Below are positions 20,750-31,666 of a stretch of DNA of 64,000 nucleotides, piece by piece (the stretch's first letter is position 1; the number at the start of each line of letters is the position of its first letter). The notes under the pieces are model-generated. The model saw nothing but the letters and a program-made list of their open reading frames with translations. It had not been told where the DNA came from and did no database searches. Source of the DNA: Candidatus Latescibacterota bacterium (lineage in GTDB: Bacteria; Latescibacterota; CBDEFO01); assembly GCA_965237525.1 (NCBI GenBank), contig CBDEFO010000006.1, forward strand, positions 384,001 to 448,000, in the 5' to 3' direction. The position numbers and the translations under genes were made by a program.

Positions 20750-21920
20750 AGCTAATGCCACAACATTGTACACCTCGAAAGGGTAGATTCATAATGTGTC
20801 TGACCATCTCTACTATGTCCTGATCTTGGTGGGTGAACCTCCATTCTGTCTCCTTTAAGGAGAGATGGAAATATTGCTTGGCTACACCTCGAAAAGATAT
20901 AGAAAGTGCTTAGCGTATGACCAAAAGCCATCAATTCCATTTAGCCCGAATAATTCACAAAAAAACGACGTGTATTAATTAAGCGATTGTATTATATTAT
21001 AGTTATGCGGTTTAACCACCTTCGGTATCATTGCGAGCCGAAGGCGAAGCAATCTCGATTCTGTGGTAGACGTAATACTCTCCGGCTCTCATAGGAGACC
21101 ACTATAAAACCTTGAGATTGCTTCCCCTATAGACTCAATCGGGGACCGCTTTGCTCCTCGCAATGACTCCACCAAGTTTATGAATTAATCGGGTTAGATG
21201 GTCTCTACTATTGGTATGTCCTTTGTCTACCTCGACTAGAGCCTGCTTACCACGGATAGATACAGAAACGTAAGCATGCCAATCATCCGTATAGCAGAGA
21301 CTACCCGGCTTAGTATGTTGGGTAATGCGGAGAACGATTACTTGTCTACTTCGAGACGGGACAGGAGAAGTCGATACTTTCCCATTTGTCTGATACATTC
21401 CATCCCCGACCCTCCCCGATTGAATCTATCGGGGATCAGTCAATCGGGGGTTCAATCGGGGACAGTAACCTTACCTTCAGAACCCCAACCTGGCTTACCT
21501 GATCTCTTGCCACCAAACCTAGTCCCATCCATCTCTATCTCTCCACAAAGGAGTCTCAGTTCTTCCAGGGAGTCCTGATAGATATCAAGGTGAACTACGC
21601 GGTAGACACGTTCAATAGTATGTAGGTGTATTGGAACTCGGAACCTTAACCCCCGATAGATTCAATCGGGGGTAAGCCGGAACCGCAAGACAAAAAGACT
21701 CAAGCAACCTTCCCTTCCAATAAGGAGACACTTTGCTCCTGGACCAGTAGGCTTTAGTTCGGAAATGATAGTCTCTACGACACGCTTGACAACCATAGCG
21801 ACCATCCGATAATTTCCAAAATTCGATACACCTGCAGCAGCTGCATTTTCGCACATCATAATACGCAGTAATACTCGATTATTCGCAAGATATTGAGGTC
21901 TATGATGTTGTAGTCTTACC
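20750..21920 (-). mobile_element. Second IS1595 remnant, inverted, interrupted by a MITE and 21-bp palindromes
   Basis: CSCC..CQAC, YTDDWHAY, NGIDGFWSYAK, KETEWRF; left flank homologous to 19535-19620. Confidence 0.85.
20944..21194. mobile_element. 251-bp MITE with TA target duplication
   Basis: Imperfect TIRs GCCCGAATAATTCACAA / TTATGAATTAATCGGGT; TA at 20942-43 and 21195-96; removal restores CCATT-TA-GATGG as in the other IS1595 copy. Confidence 0.85.
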
Positions 21921-22109
21921 AACAAATAAGCCGCTTAACCAGATCAACTCTTAAGGTAAGTGGCTTATAATCAGGCTGTTATCTTATATTAGTATATGTA
22001 AGCTATTCTTCTGTTTCGGGAGACCGCATATTTACACTCATCGTGACACACTGTAACGTCTTACGTGACATCTCTTTAAGGAGTCGCCCCCGATTGCATC
22101 TATCGGGGG

Positions 22110-23513
22110 TCAAGCTTTGCGGAAGTCCTCAGGTGACATGCCGTACTTGCTTATCATCCTGTGGAAACTTTGACGCTCAATACCTGCCCTTTTAGCTGCT
22201 TCGGTGACGTTGCCTGCTGTAGCTCTTAGGGCCTCACGAACGAATTTCTTTTCAAAGGCTTCAAGGACGCTTTTTCTTGCCTGCTTCAAATTGGTGCTCA
22301 CCAAGGGAATGTCCATTTCAACCGTTCTGTCCTCCGATCTTACCCTTTCAGGGAGAGATCTGGGTAGGATCACCTCCCCCTTTTCTATAACGACACACCT
22401 TTGAATGACATTTTTCAGTTCTCGCACATTGCCAGGCCAATCATACCCAAGGAGAATCTCCAACGTTTCATCGGACATGAGCTTAATTTTCTTCCTTAAG
22501 CTGCTCTTATATTTGGTCAGAAAATGGTCGGCTAGAAGTGTGATGTCATCCCGCCTTTCCCTTAAAGGTGGAAGATAAATCGGTATCACGTTGACTCGAA
22601 AATAAAGGTCTTCCCTGAAATTACCCTTTTTCACCTCGCTTTCCAAATCCTTATTGGTCGCCACAATAAACCGGGCATCGACTTTGAGAGTCTGATTGCC
22701 TCCGAGTCTTTGAAACTCTCTTTCTTGAAGGACCCGAAGGAGTTTCTGCTGCAGGTTTAAAGAGAAGCCGGCTATTTCATCCAGGAATATCGTCCCGTCT
22801 TTTGCCACTTCAAACTTCCCCGCTTTCCTGGCTGTCGCTCCTGTGAACGCCCCTGTCTCATATCCAAACAGCTCGCTTTCCAGAAGTTCGCTGGGCAAAG
22901 CTGTGCACTTAATCGCCACGAATGGTCCCGAAGACGACTCGCTGTTGTTATGGATCGCCCTTGCCACCAATTCCTTGCCAGTGCCGCTTTCCCCCTGAAT
23001 CAAAACGGTCGTGGCGTTTGGCGTCGCGGTTACAGCGCCCATGGTCTTGCAAACCTCCTGCATCCCAGGATCGTTGCCGATCAAGGTATCTTCAGAGTAA
23101 TATGAATCAAGCTTGGCGCGAAGGTCTTTGATCTCCTCTCTCATACGTCGGGCTTCCAAAGCTCGCCGCGCGGTGATCCTGACCTTATCCACATCCAGAG
23201 GCTTGGTGATATACTCGTAAGCTCCAAGTTGCACAGCCCTTATTGCCGTTTGCATCGTTCCGAAGCCCGTGATGATTACCACCGGGACGTCCAACCCCAT
23301 CTTCTTGATCTTCTCCAGTACCTCTAAGCCGTCCATCTTCGGCATAGACACGTCCATGAACGCAAGGTCCGGCTCTTCTTTCTGTATAGCCTCCAGCCCT
23401 CCAACACCGTCCCCTTCCGAGATGGTTCGATAGCCCTCCTTTTCAAACATCTTTTTAAAGGCGAAGACTATATTGGGGTCGTCGTCAACGATGAGTATCT
23501 TTTTCCTGCTCAT
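22110..23513 (-). CDS. sigma54-dependent response regulator (NtrC/AtoC family)
   Basis: REC domain, GESGTGKE, GAFTGA, FLDEI, WPGNVREL, Fis-type HTH. Confidence 0.96.
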   Translation of the reverse strand: MSRKKILIVDDDPNIVFAFKKMFEKEGYRTISEGDGVGGLEAIQKEEPDLAFMDVSMPKMDGLEVLEKIKKMGLDVPVVIITGFGTMQTAIRAVQLGAYEYITKPLDVDKVRITARRALEARRMREEIKDLRAKLDSYYSEDTLIGNDPGMQEVCKTMGAVTATPNATTVLIQGESGTGKELVARAIHNNSESSSGPFVAIKCTALPSELLESELFGYETGAFTGATARKAGKFEVAKDGTIFLDEIAGFSLNLQQKLLRVLQEREFQRLGGNQTLKVDARFIVATNKDLESEVKKGNFREDLYFRVNVIPIYLPPLRERRDDITLLADHFLTKYKSSLRKKIKLMSDETLEILLGYDWPGNVRELKNVIQRCVVIEKGEVILPRSLPERVRSEDRTVEMDIPLVSTNLKQARKSVLEAFEKKFVREALRATAGNVTEAAKRAGIERQSFHRMISKYGMSPEDFRKA

Positions 23514-24330
23514 TATGAATACAACCTCCAAAGGGCAGAAAGACTATATCTTTCTGTTTGTGGCTGTATTGTCAGCCCTTAGTATCTGCTGTTGGCTACA
23601 ATGGATTTCTTCTGAGTTGTCAAGACATTTTTGGCATCAGCTCAAGGCAAGTGTCAGGCCGCCTTTCCATAGGTAATTCTCTAAAATGTCTGATGCCGAT
23701 GTGTTTCCAATGGAAGCTGTCGGGCCTGTCCCTACTGCGTCCTCTTCACTATCTCTTTATCGTTTGAAGATGTCTGGCTCATGCTCACATGACCTCCTTC
23801 GGGTATAGGTACTGATAAGTATGCATCTTCTTACCCCTCCCAGATTCTGTCCGGCGAACTCAGACAAAATATAAGGTTCATCCTCTGACTCCATAAGTCT
23901 AATTGAGCTGGCAGCACAAAGACGCAGTTTCTGTATTGACTTCCATAGGAATCTAAGTAGTTTTATCAGTCAGGTCAACAAAAATCAGAATCGTCAACAA
24001 GAGCCAGTGCGTAGCGTCGAATTTCTGGTGCTGTTGGCCTTCGTGATGATTGGCGTATTGTCCATCTCCAGAAGCTTCTTGGATAAGCACGTTAAAGATG
24101 GCGGGCTGTGTCTTCGAGGGCAGCCAGTTCTTTTTTCTTGACCCTTCTGGGCTATAAGTACACGTAACGCGTCCAAACTGATTGTAATCCCACCATTGTG
24201 GAACGTGTCCACGTAAAACACTTTGAGCAGGTGCTTGGTCAACTGCTGTATCACCTCGAAAACTGAAAACTGTTGGCAATGTAAATTATGCTGTGTCTAA
24301 TTTAAGTGTATAAATAAAGAAGGTAGTTCT

Positions 24331-24630
24331 ATGGCGAATCGTAATAAAAGAAGACAGGTGGATATCTAATTGCAGGAGAAAAGCACCAGGCTGCCTGACG
24401 ATATCTGGCCGCAAGAGGGATGCAGGTCCCGTAGCGCATTTGTAGACCAGCCAGCGCAGCGGTACGCAATACGGCTGCGCAATACGGCTACAAAAGGCGA
24501 ATGTTAAGTACAGTTTAAGGCTGGCTATCGGGATAGCGCCGAGCGGGATCTGCAGGTGGGGGACAAGTGAGAAGCTACAGGCACGGAGGTTTTATATGAG
24601 AAAGCAGAGAAGAAGATGACGAGAGATCAA
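24331..24630 (+). pseudogene. RHH antitoxin pseudogene
   Basis: RBS plus MANRNKRRQVDI*L...SRSAFVDQ...KAGYRDSAERDLQ with in-frame stops, directly upstream of a mazF remnant. Confidence 0.65.
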
Positions 24631-24890
24631 TGGGCTATCCTAAAGGTGGGGCTGTGTACTTTGTGAACCTCGACCCCACTATTGGTTCAGAGATCAAAGA
24701 GACTCAGCCTGCTGTTATTAGCCATAACGACGTCGGCAATCAGTGCAGCCCTGCAAATATTATAACGGCCATTATCAGCAGCGAAAAGCAGCCCAACCGG
24801 TATAAGTTGAGGTGAAAGCCCGGGAAGGAGGTTCGGACGATGATTCACTGATCTTACTACGTCAGATCAGGTCCAGCGAATCGCGTTTGA
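24630..24890 (+). pseudogene. PemK/MazF toxin pseudogene
   Basis: KGGAVYFVNLDPTIGSEIKETQPAVISHNDVGN, frameshift, then DDSLILLRQIRS. Confidence 0.8.
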
Positions 24891-24900
24891 CAAATTCTTT

Positions 24901-25293
24901 TCATCTGTAGACAAGCGAGGAAACTATCCCGGAACCCAGGCCTTTGAGCATTCCAGCCGCAACCCAACCCAGTGTGAGCACAAGAGGTATGGGCATATAG
25001 CAGTAGGTCGCCAATTGGACTGACCCCAGAACCAATCCCACATATAAACCGTAGCGGAACCCTTCGCCAATCCCCTTTCCTTCATAGTTGCGGGTAAAGA
25101 TAAAGGCCGCGATAACAGAAAAGCATATCTGGCCCAGGAACAGGTAGACCATTTTGTGTTCTCCCTCCGGGCGCCACAGTTGCGCTGTTTGGTCATAAAT
25201 ACCCTTTAAGATAACACCATGGAATAGCCACTCGAACAAAAACACGAATACAAATACAGCAATTGAAGAAATTATGAAACGTTTAACATTCAT
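24901..25293 (-). CDS. Small 4-TM membrane protein (DUF1761-like)
   Basis: Four hydrophobic segments; AAGGGAGG RBS. Confidence 0.7.
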   Translation of the reverse strand: MNVKRFIISSIAVFVFVFLFEWLFHGVILKGIYDQTAQLWRPEGEHKMVYLFLGQICFSVIAAFIFTRNYEGKGIGEGFRYGLYVGLVLGSVQLATYCYMPIPLVLTLGWVAAGMLKGLGSGIVSSLVYR

Positions 25294-25615
25294 GATTCCC
25301 TCCCTTAATATATCTGCTGCCACCTCCCAGCAACATAGCCTTGTACATTAAGAATCCCCTCAAAAGAGTCTCTTATCTTTATAAATATTCAGACCGGCAC
25401 AACAGACCAGCCAGCGCCAGATCAGTCATGCTGTCCCGAGTTTATGGAACAAATTCCCAGTTGCTTTCGTCGATTATACTATTTAGTTTACCCAGGTAGA
25501 AGACTCACCTGGTCTTAAATCAAGATAGACCTAATTAAGGGTCAATATACTTGGGTAGCCTGGATTCAGCGGCTATGCTGCGGGTCGATCAGGAAATCTT
25601 GAGAAACCTGGATTT

Positions 25616-26308
25616 TTATTCCAGTGGACGATGTTTGAGAAGCTTTGGAGGTCTTACGATAGTCCTCTGCTCCCAGCTGTTCCAGTCGTCCAAGAATCTT
25701 TTCAATCCTATGTCCGTAAGCGGGTGCTTTGTCAACTTCCGTATCACATCAAGGGACATTGTGGCAATATGTGCTCCCATCAGTGCTGCCTCTACCACGT
25801 GTTTGGAGGACCTTATGCTCGCCACTATCACCTCACAGGGAAAGTCGTAGTTGTCTATAATGGCCACAGACTGCTCGACAAGCTCCATCCCAGAATGACC
25901 TATGTCGTCCAGTCTCCCCACAAATGGACTCACGTAAGATGCCCCTGCTTTCATAGCTACTAGTGCCTGAGTTGCCGAGAAGATCAGCGTTGTATTGATA
26001 CCTATCCCTTCGGAAGAGAGCTTCTTTATCGCCTTTAGTCCCTCTTCCCCTATGGGAACCTTAACGCATATCTTCTGATGGAGTTTTGCCAACCTTCTGC
26101 CCTCTTCGATCATCCCCTCGGCGTCTGTACTTACCACCTCTGCGTTGACAGGACCGTTCACTATATCACAGATCGTAAGGAGTATCTCCTCGAATGTGCC
26201 CTCTTCCTTGGACATCAGAGATGGATTCGTAGTAACACCGTCCAAAATGCCCAAAGCGGCCGCCTGTTTAATATCATCTATACTGGCTGTGTCTATGAAG
26301 AATTTCAT
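25616..26308 (-). CDS. fsa: Fructose-6-phosphate aldolase / transaldolase
   Basis: [34 protein letters not shown]. Confidence 0.93.
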   Translation of the reverse strand: MKFFIDTASIDDIKQAAALGILDGVTTNPSLMSKEEGTFEEILLTICDIVNGPVNAEVVSTDAEGMIEEGRRLAKLHQKICVKVPIGEEGLKAIKKLSSEGIGINTTLIFSATQALVAMKAGASYVSPFVGRLDDIGHSGMELVEQSVAIIDNYDFPCEVIVASIRSSKHVVEAALMGAHIATMSLDVIRKLTKHPLTDIGLKRFLDDWNSWEQRTIVRPPKLLKHRPLE

Positions 26309-26466
26309 AGCTTTCTCCTATCTACAAGTAGACAGTAGGTATTTGCAGGGGCTGGGTAATCTATAGGATTACACAAGAATTCCCCTCTACTGTTTAAGCA
26401 AACACGTGGGCCTGTCCCCGAATGGCTTAATCGGGGATCGCCCCAACATTCCGTCTCTCTGGCCAC

Positions 26467-27672
26467 TTATGAACTTTCCTCTCCTTCTTCGTCTGAACCC
26501 TTGCCCTCTTCTTCTTTTGATTCTGTATCCGTTGATTCTGTATCCGTTGTCTCAACCGGTTCTTCCTGTTCCTCTTCTTGCTCCTCTTCTTCCTGTGGCT
26601 CTTTATCCTCCTTTTCCAGCAAGTTATCCTGATCCTTTTTCATCCTCAAAATCAGATATATAATGGCCTGACCGGAACTGAACACGCTCAAGGAATAGGA
26701 ATATACTATTCCTATGACTGTCAAAAGCATAATAGCTAATATTCTGCCCGACCAGAGCAGGACTCCCGTCGGATCAGTCTGAGCGTCGGGAAGGCATGTC
26801 CGCAGGCTGAGATACGCCGGGCCACCCTTGAAAAAGCAAAAGAGATTCTCGGGGACATACCAAAGGGCTGCTTGCATCATGAGCGACAACTTCTCATCCA
26901 TGAAAAGGCCGAGCGCTCCGTTGATAAGGATCAGAGCCTGAAGGACGAAAAAACCGAATATGACCGTCACAAGAACGACGACGAACTTAAGCCAACCCCC
27001 GTACAGGATCAGCCTCCAAGGTTGGCTCCACACTGTCGAGAAGGACTCTATAACGGTACCTATGGTGTCCTCCTCAGCAGTCCCGACTATGGCGGGGGCA
27101 AGAAAGAGGGATGCCAAGAAGACAAGCACCATGTAGATAGTTATCAAAGATACAAGGAATATCGGCAAAAGGAAGACTGCAAAGGCTACCTCGCCCACAT
27201 ACGGTATATAGTGTGCGATGACACCTATTATTATAGCGCATACCACCAAGAAAGCGATCATAAAGAGTACGAAAAACGGGGAAAGGATGGCAGCTCTCCA
27301 GTTTCCTCTGGCAAATTTAAAGGCGTCTCCTGAAGAATAGAAGTCGTCCCCCTTGAGCTGTTGATAGGCTACCTTGCATATCATAGCTGATGTAAAGAGC
27401 AGAATGGCCAGGACAATCACATACCCCAAAATGATGAAGACGCAGCCGTGCCAGCTCAAGTCCATCCCGATCACTCTGGGAAAGAGGCCGTAGGTATCCC
27501 AAATTGTGCCGATTGACTTTGAGCTGCCAGCTAGGATGGCTATGTGCGTAAGGATGAAGTGGACGACATAACCAGCGGCGATGCCGAGGAATGCTATCCA
27601 GATCTTCTTACCGCTTGAGCCGAGCCGAGAAGCGCTGAAGATGTCCCGAATGTCGAAGCGTAAATCTTGCAA
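26467..27672 (-). CDS. Hypothetical polytopic membrane protein with acidic C-terminal tail
   Basis: Multiple TM segments; E-rich tail; TTGACA-17-TATATT promoter at 27847-27819. Confidence 0.8.
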   Translation of the reverse strand: MQDLRFDIRDIFSASRLGSSGKKIWIAFLGIAAGYVVHFILTHIAILAGSSKSIGTIWDTYGLFPRVIGMDLSWHGCVFIILGYVIVLAILLFTSAMICKVAYQQLKGDDFYSSGDAFKFARGNWRAAILSPFFVLFMIAFLVVCAIIIGVIAHYIPYVGEVAFAVFLLPIFLVSLITIYMVLVFLASLFLAPAIVGTAEEDTIGTVIESFSTVWSQPWRLILYGGWLKFVVVLVTVIFGFFVLQALILINGALGLFMDEKLSLMMQAALWYVPENLFCFFKGGPAYLSLRTCLPDAQTDPTGVLLWSGRILAIMLLTVIGIVYSYSLSVFSSGQAIIYLILRMKKDQDNLLEKEDKEPQEEEEQEEEQEEPVETTDTESTDTESKEEEGKGSDEEGEESS

Positions 27673-27880
27673 TGTTCCCCCCCCTTTTTGTAAGCAGACA
27701 GCAGCAGTAAAGAGGGTTTCCTCTCCTCCCTATCTACTGTCTGTCTACTTCGATACTTTTGGAAACTTACTGTTGCAGTTTGTTGTAAAGAGTTACACTT
27801 GATGATCGATTTGCACAAAATATAGCCACTTATCTAAGATATGTCAACACATTTTTGAAGAGACGCTTTCTGCAAAAGGG

Positions 27881-28355
27881 CTAATTACCCAAATAGGCCT
27901 CCTTAACGCGACTGTCTTGTGCAAGGTCTGATACCTTGCCTTTTATAGCTATTCTGGCCGTCTCAAGGACATATCCTCTGTTAGCAAGGTGCCAGGCTAA
28001 AGTTGCGTTCTGTTCGACGAGCAAAACCGTGATACCTCTTTTATGTATCTGATTTATAATATCTGCTATCCTCGACACAAATTTGGGACCCAATCCCATG
28101 TGGGACCTAATCCCACTCTCACAGGAGACCACTATAAAAACTTGAGATTGCTTCCCCGATAGACTCAATCGGGGACCGCTTTGCTCCTCGCAATGACTCC
28201 AGCAAGTTTATGAATTAATCGGGTTAAATAGGTTGTTCTTTCCAGCTCCGTTTGGACCTATCAAACTGACGGTGTTCCCTTTTTTACGTCCACACTTGTG
28301 TCGCTTATCGCGCTTAAGCCCTCGAACTTTTTCGTTATGTTTTTTACGCTCAGAA
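27881..28355 (-). pseudogene. Collapsed branched-chain ABC ATPase genes (LivG start and LivF end) with MITE fragment at ~28110-28224
   Basis: ILSVKNITKKFEGLSAI and LLVEQNA...GYVLET...VKEAYLG. Confidence 0.8.
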
Positions 28356-28514
28356 TAGGCAAGTCGTTTCTCAAGTAAATAGTGGTCAGTAGACAGGGCA
28401 CTTCCCTCATCCTAAACTGCCATTGCCAGCACCCCCGATTGACTCTATCGGGAGGATGCAATCTCACTTAGACTGGCTATTTCCGTACGCTGTCTGCTAC
28501 CTTGTCAGTCCTAT

Positions 28515-29741
28515 TCAGTTATCAGCTACCTTCTCGATCTTGTTTGATGCCCACTCAGCATAGTAGGAAACGCTCTTGTCGTTATCGTTGAGGTGGTCTC
28601 GAAGGGGTTCTAAGGCCTGCTTATCGCCTATCTTTCCTAATGCCAGGGCCGCATTCCAGCGGACAGCAGCAGATGTGTCGCCAAGAGCCTCGATAAGTGC
28701 AAAGACAGCGCCTTTTGCCGAAATTCTCCCCAGAGCCTGCGCGGCAGATGAGCGGATCAGCGCATCACTATCCTTCAGTGTACTTATCAACTGCTGTTCT
28801 AAAGTACTCCCGGCCTCTATTAAAGCATCTATAGCGCTGAACCTGCTTATATTATCCTGGCTTTTGAGGGCGTTCAAGAGGTAGTCTGTTCCCTTCTTGT
28901 TGCCAAGCTGGCTGAGCGAAGTAGCGGCCCACAGCTGAACCATGTTCTCCTCGTCGTTCAGAAGAGGTAGTAGAGGATCCAATGCGGACATGTCTCCTAT
29001 AGGCCCAAGCGCCCTGGCGGAGTTTCTGCGAACTGAATCATCGTCACTCTTGAGATCTGTTATCAGGGCGTCCTTCATATCACGTAAAATATCTTGAATG
29101 TTTTCTTTAATTTCCTTATTTTCTTTATCCCCTAAAGACGATACAAGAGCCCGCACAGAATGATGTCCCGCATCTTTGATCCCATCCGACGCTATCCTGG
29201 ACTCGTTGGGGTCTTCTCTCTTTAGGCCCTCTATCAGCGCCTCACATCCGTATTCGTATCCTAACTTGCACAGGGCTACAGCTGCAGCCATGTGGAGTTC
29301 GTAGTTGTCGCTTTTAAAAAGGGCATCTACATTCTCCGGTTCTGTAGCCTCATTTTCTATCTCCCCAAGCGCCCACGCCATCTTTTTGCGTACATCGTCG
29401 GGATATGCATCTGAAAGGTACGACACCAGCGTAGCAGCGGCAGGTTTATATCTTATCGTGCCTAACAGAGTAGCTGCCGCAAGTCGGATATTGTTCCTTT
29501 CACCTTTGTGCTCTCTGAAGTTCTTGCCTGTGTACCACGCGTCTGGAAGCCAGACGATTATCTTTCTGGCCGATGTCCTGTCAAATTCGATCAGTTTTTG
29601 CATCGTTTTGTTCCACACATCTGATCCTTTTGGAGCCCAGGCTGCTCTGTCTATTTCATTCCTTATCTGCTCATCGGTGGTGGCACATCCAGATGCCAAC
29701 AAAACGACAGAAAGGAACATCAACACTTTAAATGTGGGCAT
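28515..29741 (-). CDS. HEAT-repeat lipoprotein
   Basis: Lipobox LASGC; repeated VR..AA.ALG.IG. Confidence 0.88.
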   Translation of the reverse strand: MPTFKVLMFLSVVLLASGCATTDEQIRNEIDRAAWAPKGSDVWNKTMQKLIEFDRTSARKIIVWLPDAWYTGKNFREHKGERNNIRLAAATLLGTIRYKPAAATLVSYLSDAYPDDVRKKMAWALGEIENEATEPENVDALFKSDNYELHMAAAVALCKLGYEYGCEALIEGLKREDPNESRIASDGIKDAGHHSVRALVSSLGDKENKEIKENIQDILRDMKDALITDLKSDDDSVRRNSARALGPIGDMSALDPLLPLLNDEENMVQLWAATSLSQLGNKKGTDYLLNALKSQDNISRFSAIDALIEAGSTLEQQLISTLKDSDALIRSSAAQALGRISAKGAVFALIEALGDTSAAVRWNAALALGKIGDKQALEPLRDHLNDNDKSVSYYAEWASNKIEKVADN

Positions 29742-29951
29742 ATCTTCCTCCTTAAAGAAGTAGACAGTAGGCAGCAGACAGTAGACAGGGGAACACTTCC
29801 CCTCCCTGGAGATTGTCCCCGATTGCTTCGCTTGGCTGGCAATGACAGTCGTAAGGGACTTACAGTGACGTTGCTTAGGTCTGTCATTTCCAAGGGTGTC
29901 CTCAGCGTCATAGCAAGGGCGCTCGCCCCGAAGTAATCTCCCCGTATCCTG

Positions 29952-30893
29952 TCAAACAGCCTTCTTATAGATTTCCAGCCGGGTGCCTTTAAAAGGCTCC
30001 AGTCTCTTTACTAGAGCGTCCATTTCCTCTTTTGACATCGGGCTGAAAGATTTAGCAGAGTTTACGTTCTCCTCTAAAAACCGCACCTTTTCGCACCCGG
30101 ATATAATCATTGACACAGGGAGACTCCAGACATATCTGAGACATTCTCCAGCGGTCGCCGCGCCCTTTGTGACCAGATTGCCCCCTGCTGTGGTCTTCAT
30201 AGCCAAAACGCCTACGTCATTCTTGACCAGCTCCGGAAGGATATGCTCTATAAAGCTTAAATAGTAAGGATCTACGGGGTTTATGGGCATCTGGAAGGTG
30301 GATAGATGCTCGAGGTACTTCAGGGCCTCCAAGAACGCCTGTGGATCGCGATGACCTGTTATTCCTATATACCTTATCTTTCCCTCTCTTTTTGCCCTAT
30401 CGGCGGCCTCCATCGCTCCGCCGGGCCCGAAGATGGTTTGCACCTCTCCAGGGGTATCTATCCCGTGAAACTGCCAGAGGTCTATGTAATCGGTATTGAG
30501 GCGTCTCAGGCTCTCGTGGATGTGATCCCACGCCACTTTTTGCCCTCTGTTCGTATCTTTGCTCATCACGAAGACATCTTTCCTTCTTTTCCCCAGTGCC
30601 CTGCCCAACCTCTCCTCGCTTAGGCCGCGGCCGTAGTTCCAGGCGTTGTCGAAGAAGTTGACCCCCAAGTCCAGGGCCTTATGCACGATCCTCTGTGCCC
30701 CCTCCTCATCGGGCTGGCTCAAATGGGCTCCGCCGAGTCCGATTATGGTCACCATCTGGTCGGTCTTTCCGAGACGCCTTTTAGGTATCTCGTCTCCCCC
30801 GAGCTGGCTTTCGGCGAAGCTCTCCGCATAACTGCCGAGTCCGATGCCGACCGACCCGGTAAGGGTGCTTTTAAGAAAATCTCTTCTGTCCAT
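29952..30893 (-). CDS. Aldo/keto reductase with Tat signal
   Basis: DRRDFLK, FFDNAWNY, SLRRLNTDYIDLWQFH, GKIRYIG. Confidence 0.92.
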   Translation of the reverse strand: MDRRDFLKSTLTGSVGIGLGSYAESFAESQLGGDEIPKRRLGKTDQMVTIIGLGGAHLSQPDEEGAQRIVHKALDLGVNFFDNAWNYGRGLSEERLGRALGKRRKDVFVMSKDTNRGQKVAWDHIHESLRRLNTDYIDLWQFHGIDTPGEVQTIFGPGGAMEAADRAKREGKIRYIGITGHRDPQAFLEALKYLEHLSTFQMPINPVDPYYLSFIEHILPELVKNDVGVLAMKTTAGGNLVTKGAATAGECLRYVWSLPVSMIISGCEKVRFLEENVNSAKSFSPMSKEEMDALVKRLEPFKGTRLEIYKKAV

Positions 30894-30941
30894 TTGTTTC
30901 CCCTTTCGTAGAAGAGATGTAACCTTGCCCTTACTTCGCCA

Positions 30942-31661
30942 TTATAATATCCCTAACGGCGGCGTCATCCATATCTCGTCTGTAGTTATCCCCTCGCTCT
31001 GGTATAGCACAAATAGGACGGTCTCAGCCACCCTTTCTGGCGGCGTCATATCTTCTCTTGAGGGCTTTTCTTCTATGCTATCCCAAAAGGGGGTATCCGT
31101 GGCTCCGGGGCACACAGCTGTGACCCTTATGCCTTTGTCTCTTACCTCCTCTGACAAAACCTTTGTAAATCCCAAAGCACCGAACTTGGAGGCGCAGTAT
31201 CCACTGGCAAATTTGAAGGGCACTCTCGCCGCGATGGAGATGACGTTCACGATGTGCCCTTTCCCTCTTTCGAGCATAGGCACAAGGCCGTATTTGGAGC
31301 AAAGATACATTCCCTTTAAATTTGCGTCCATCATCCTGTCCCAGTCCTCCGTCTTCGACTCTGTGATAGAGCCAAAGACTCCGAATCCGGCAGAGTTGCA
31401 AAGGAAGTTGATGCGGCCGTAGCGCGAAATAGCTCTTTCTATGAGATTTTCCACCTGGTTTTCATCTGTTATATCCGTGCGGACAGGAAAAGCGTCTCCC
31501 CCTTTACTCTGTATCTCATCTGCCGTCAGTGCAAGATCCTGCTCAGTCCGAGCCGCAAGGACTACACTTGCACCCTCTTGAGCCAGGAGCACGGCGACCT
31601 GCCTGCCTATCCCCCTGCTTGCTCCCGTCACCACTGCTACTTTACCCGCAAGGTCACCCAT
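30942..31661 (-). CDS. SDR family oxidoreductase
   Basis: TGASRGIG, YCASK. Confidence 0.92.
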   Translation of the reverse strand: MGDLAGKVAVVTGASRGIGRQVAVLLAQEGASVVLAARTEQDLALTADEIQSKGGDAFPVRTDITDENQVENLIERAISRYGRINFLCNSAGFGVFGSITESKTEDWDRMMDANLKGMYLCSKYGLVPMLERGKGHIVNVISIAARVPFKFASGYCASKFGALGFTKVLSEEVRDKGIRVTAVCPGATDTPFWDSIEEKPSREDMTPPERVAETVLFVLYQSEGITTDEIWMTPPLGIL

Positions 31662-31666
31662 ACAAG

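Noticed and set aside
24420..24555. Structured ncRNA
   Set aside because: Better explained as the decayed RHH antitoxin frame upstream of mazF
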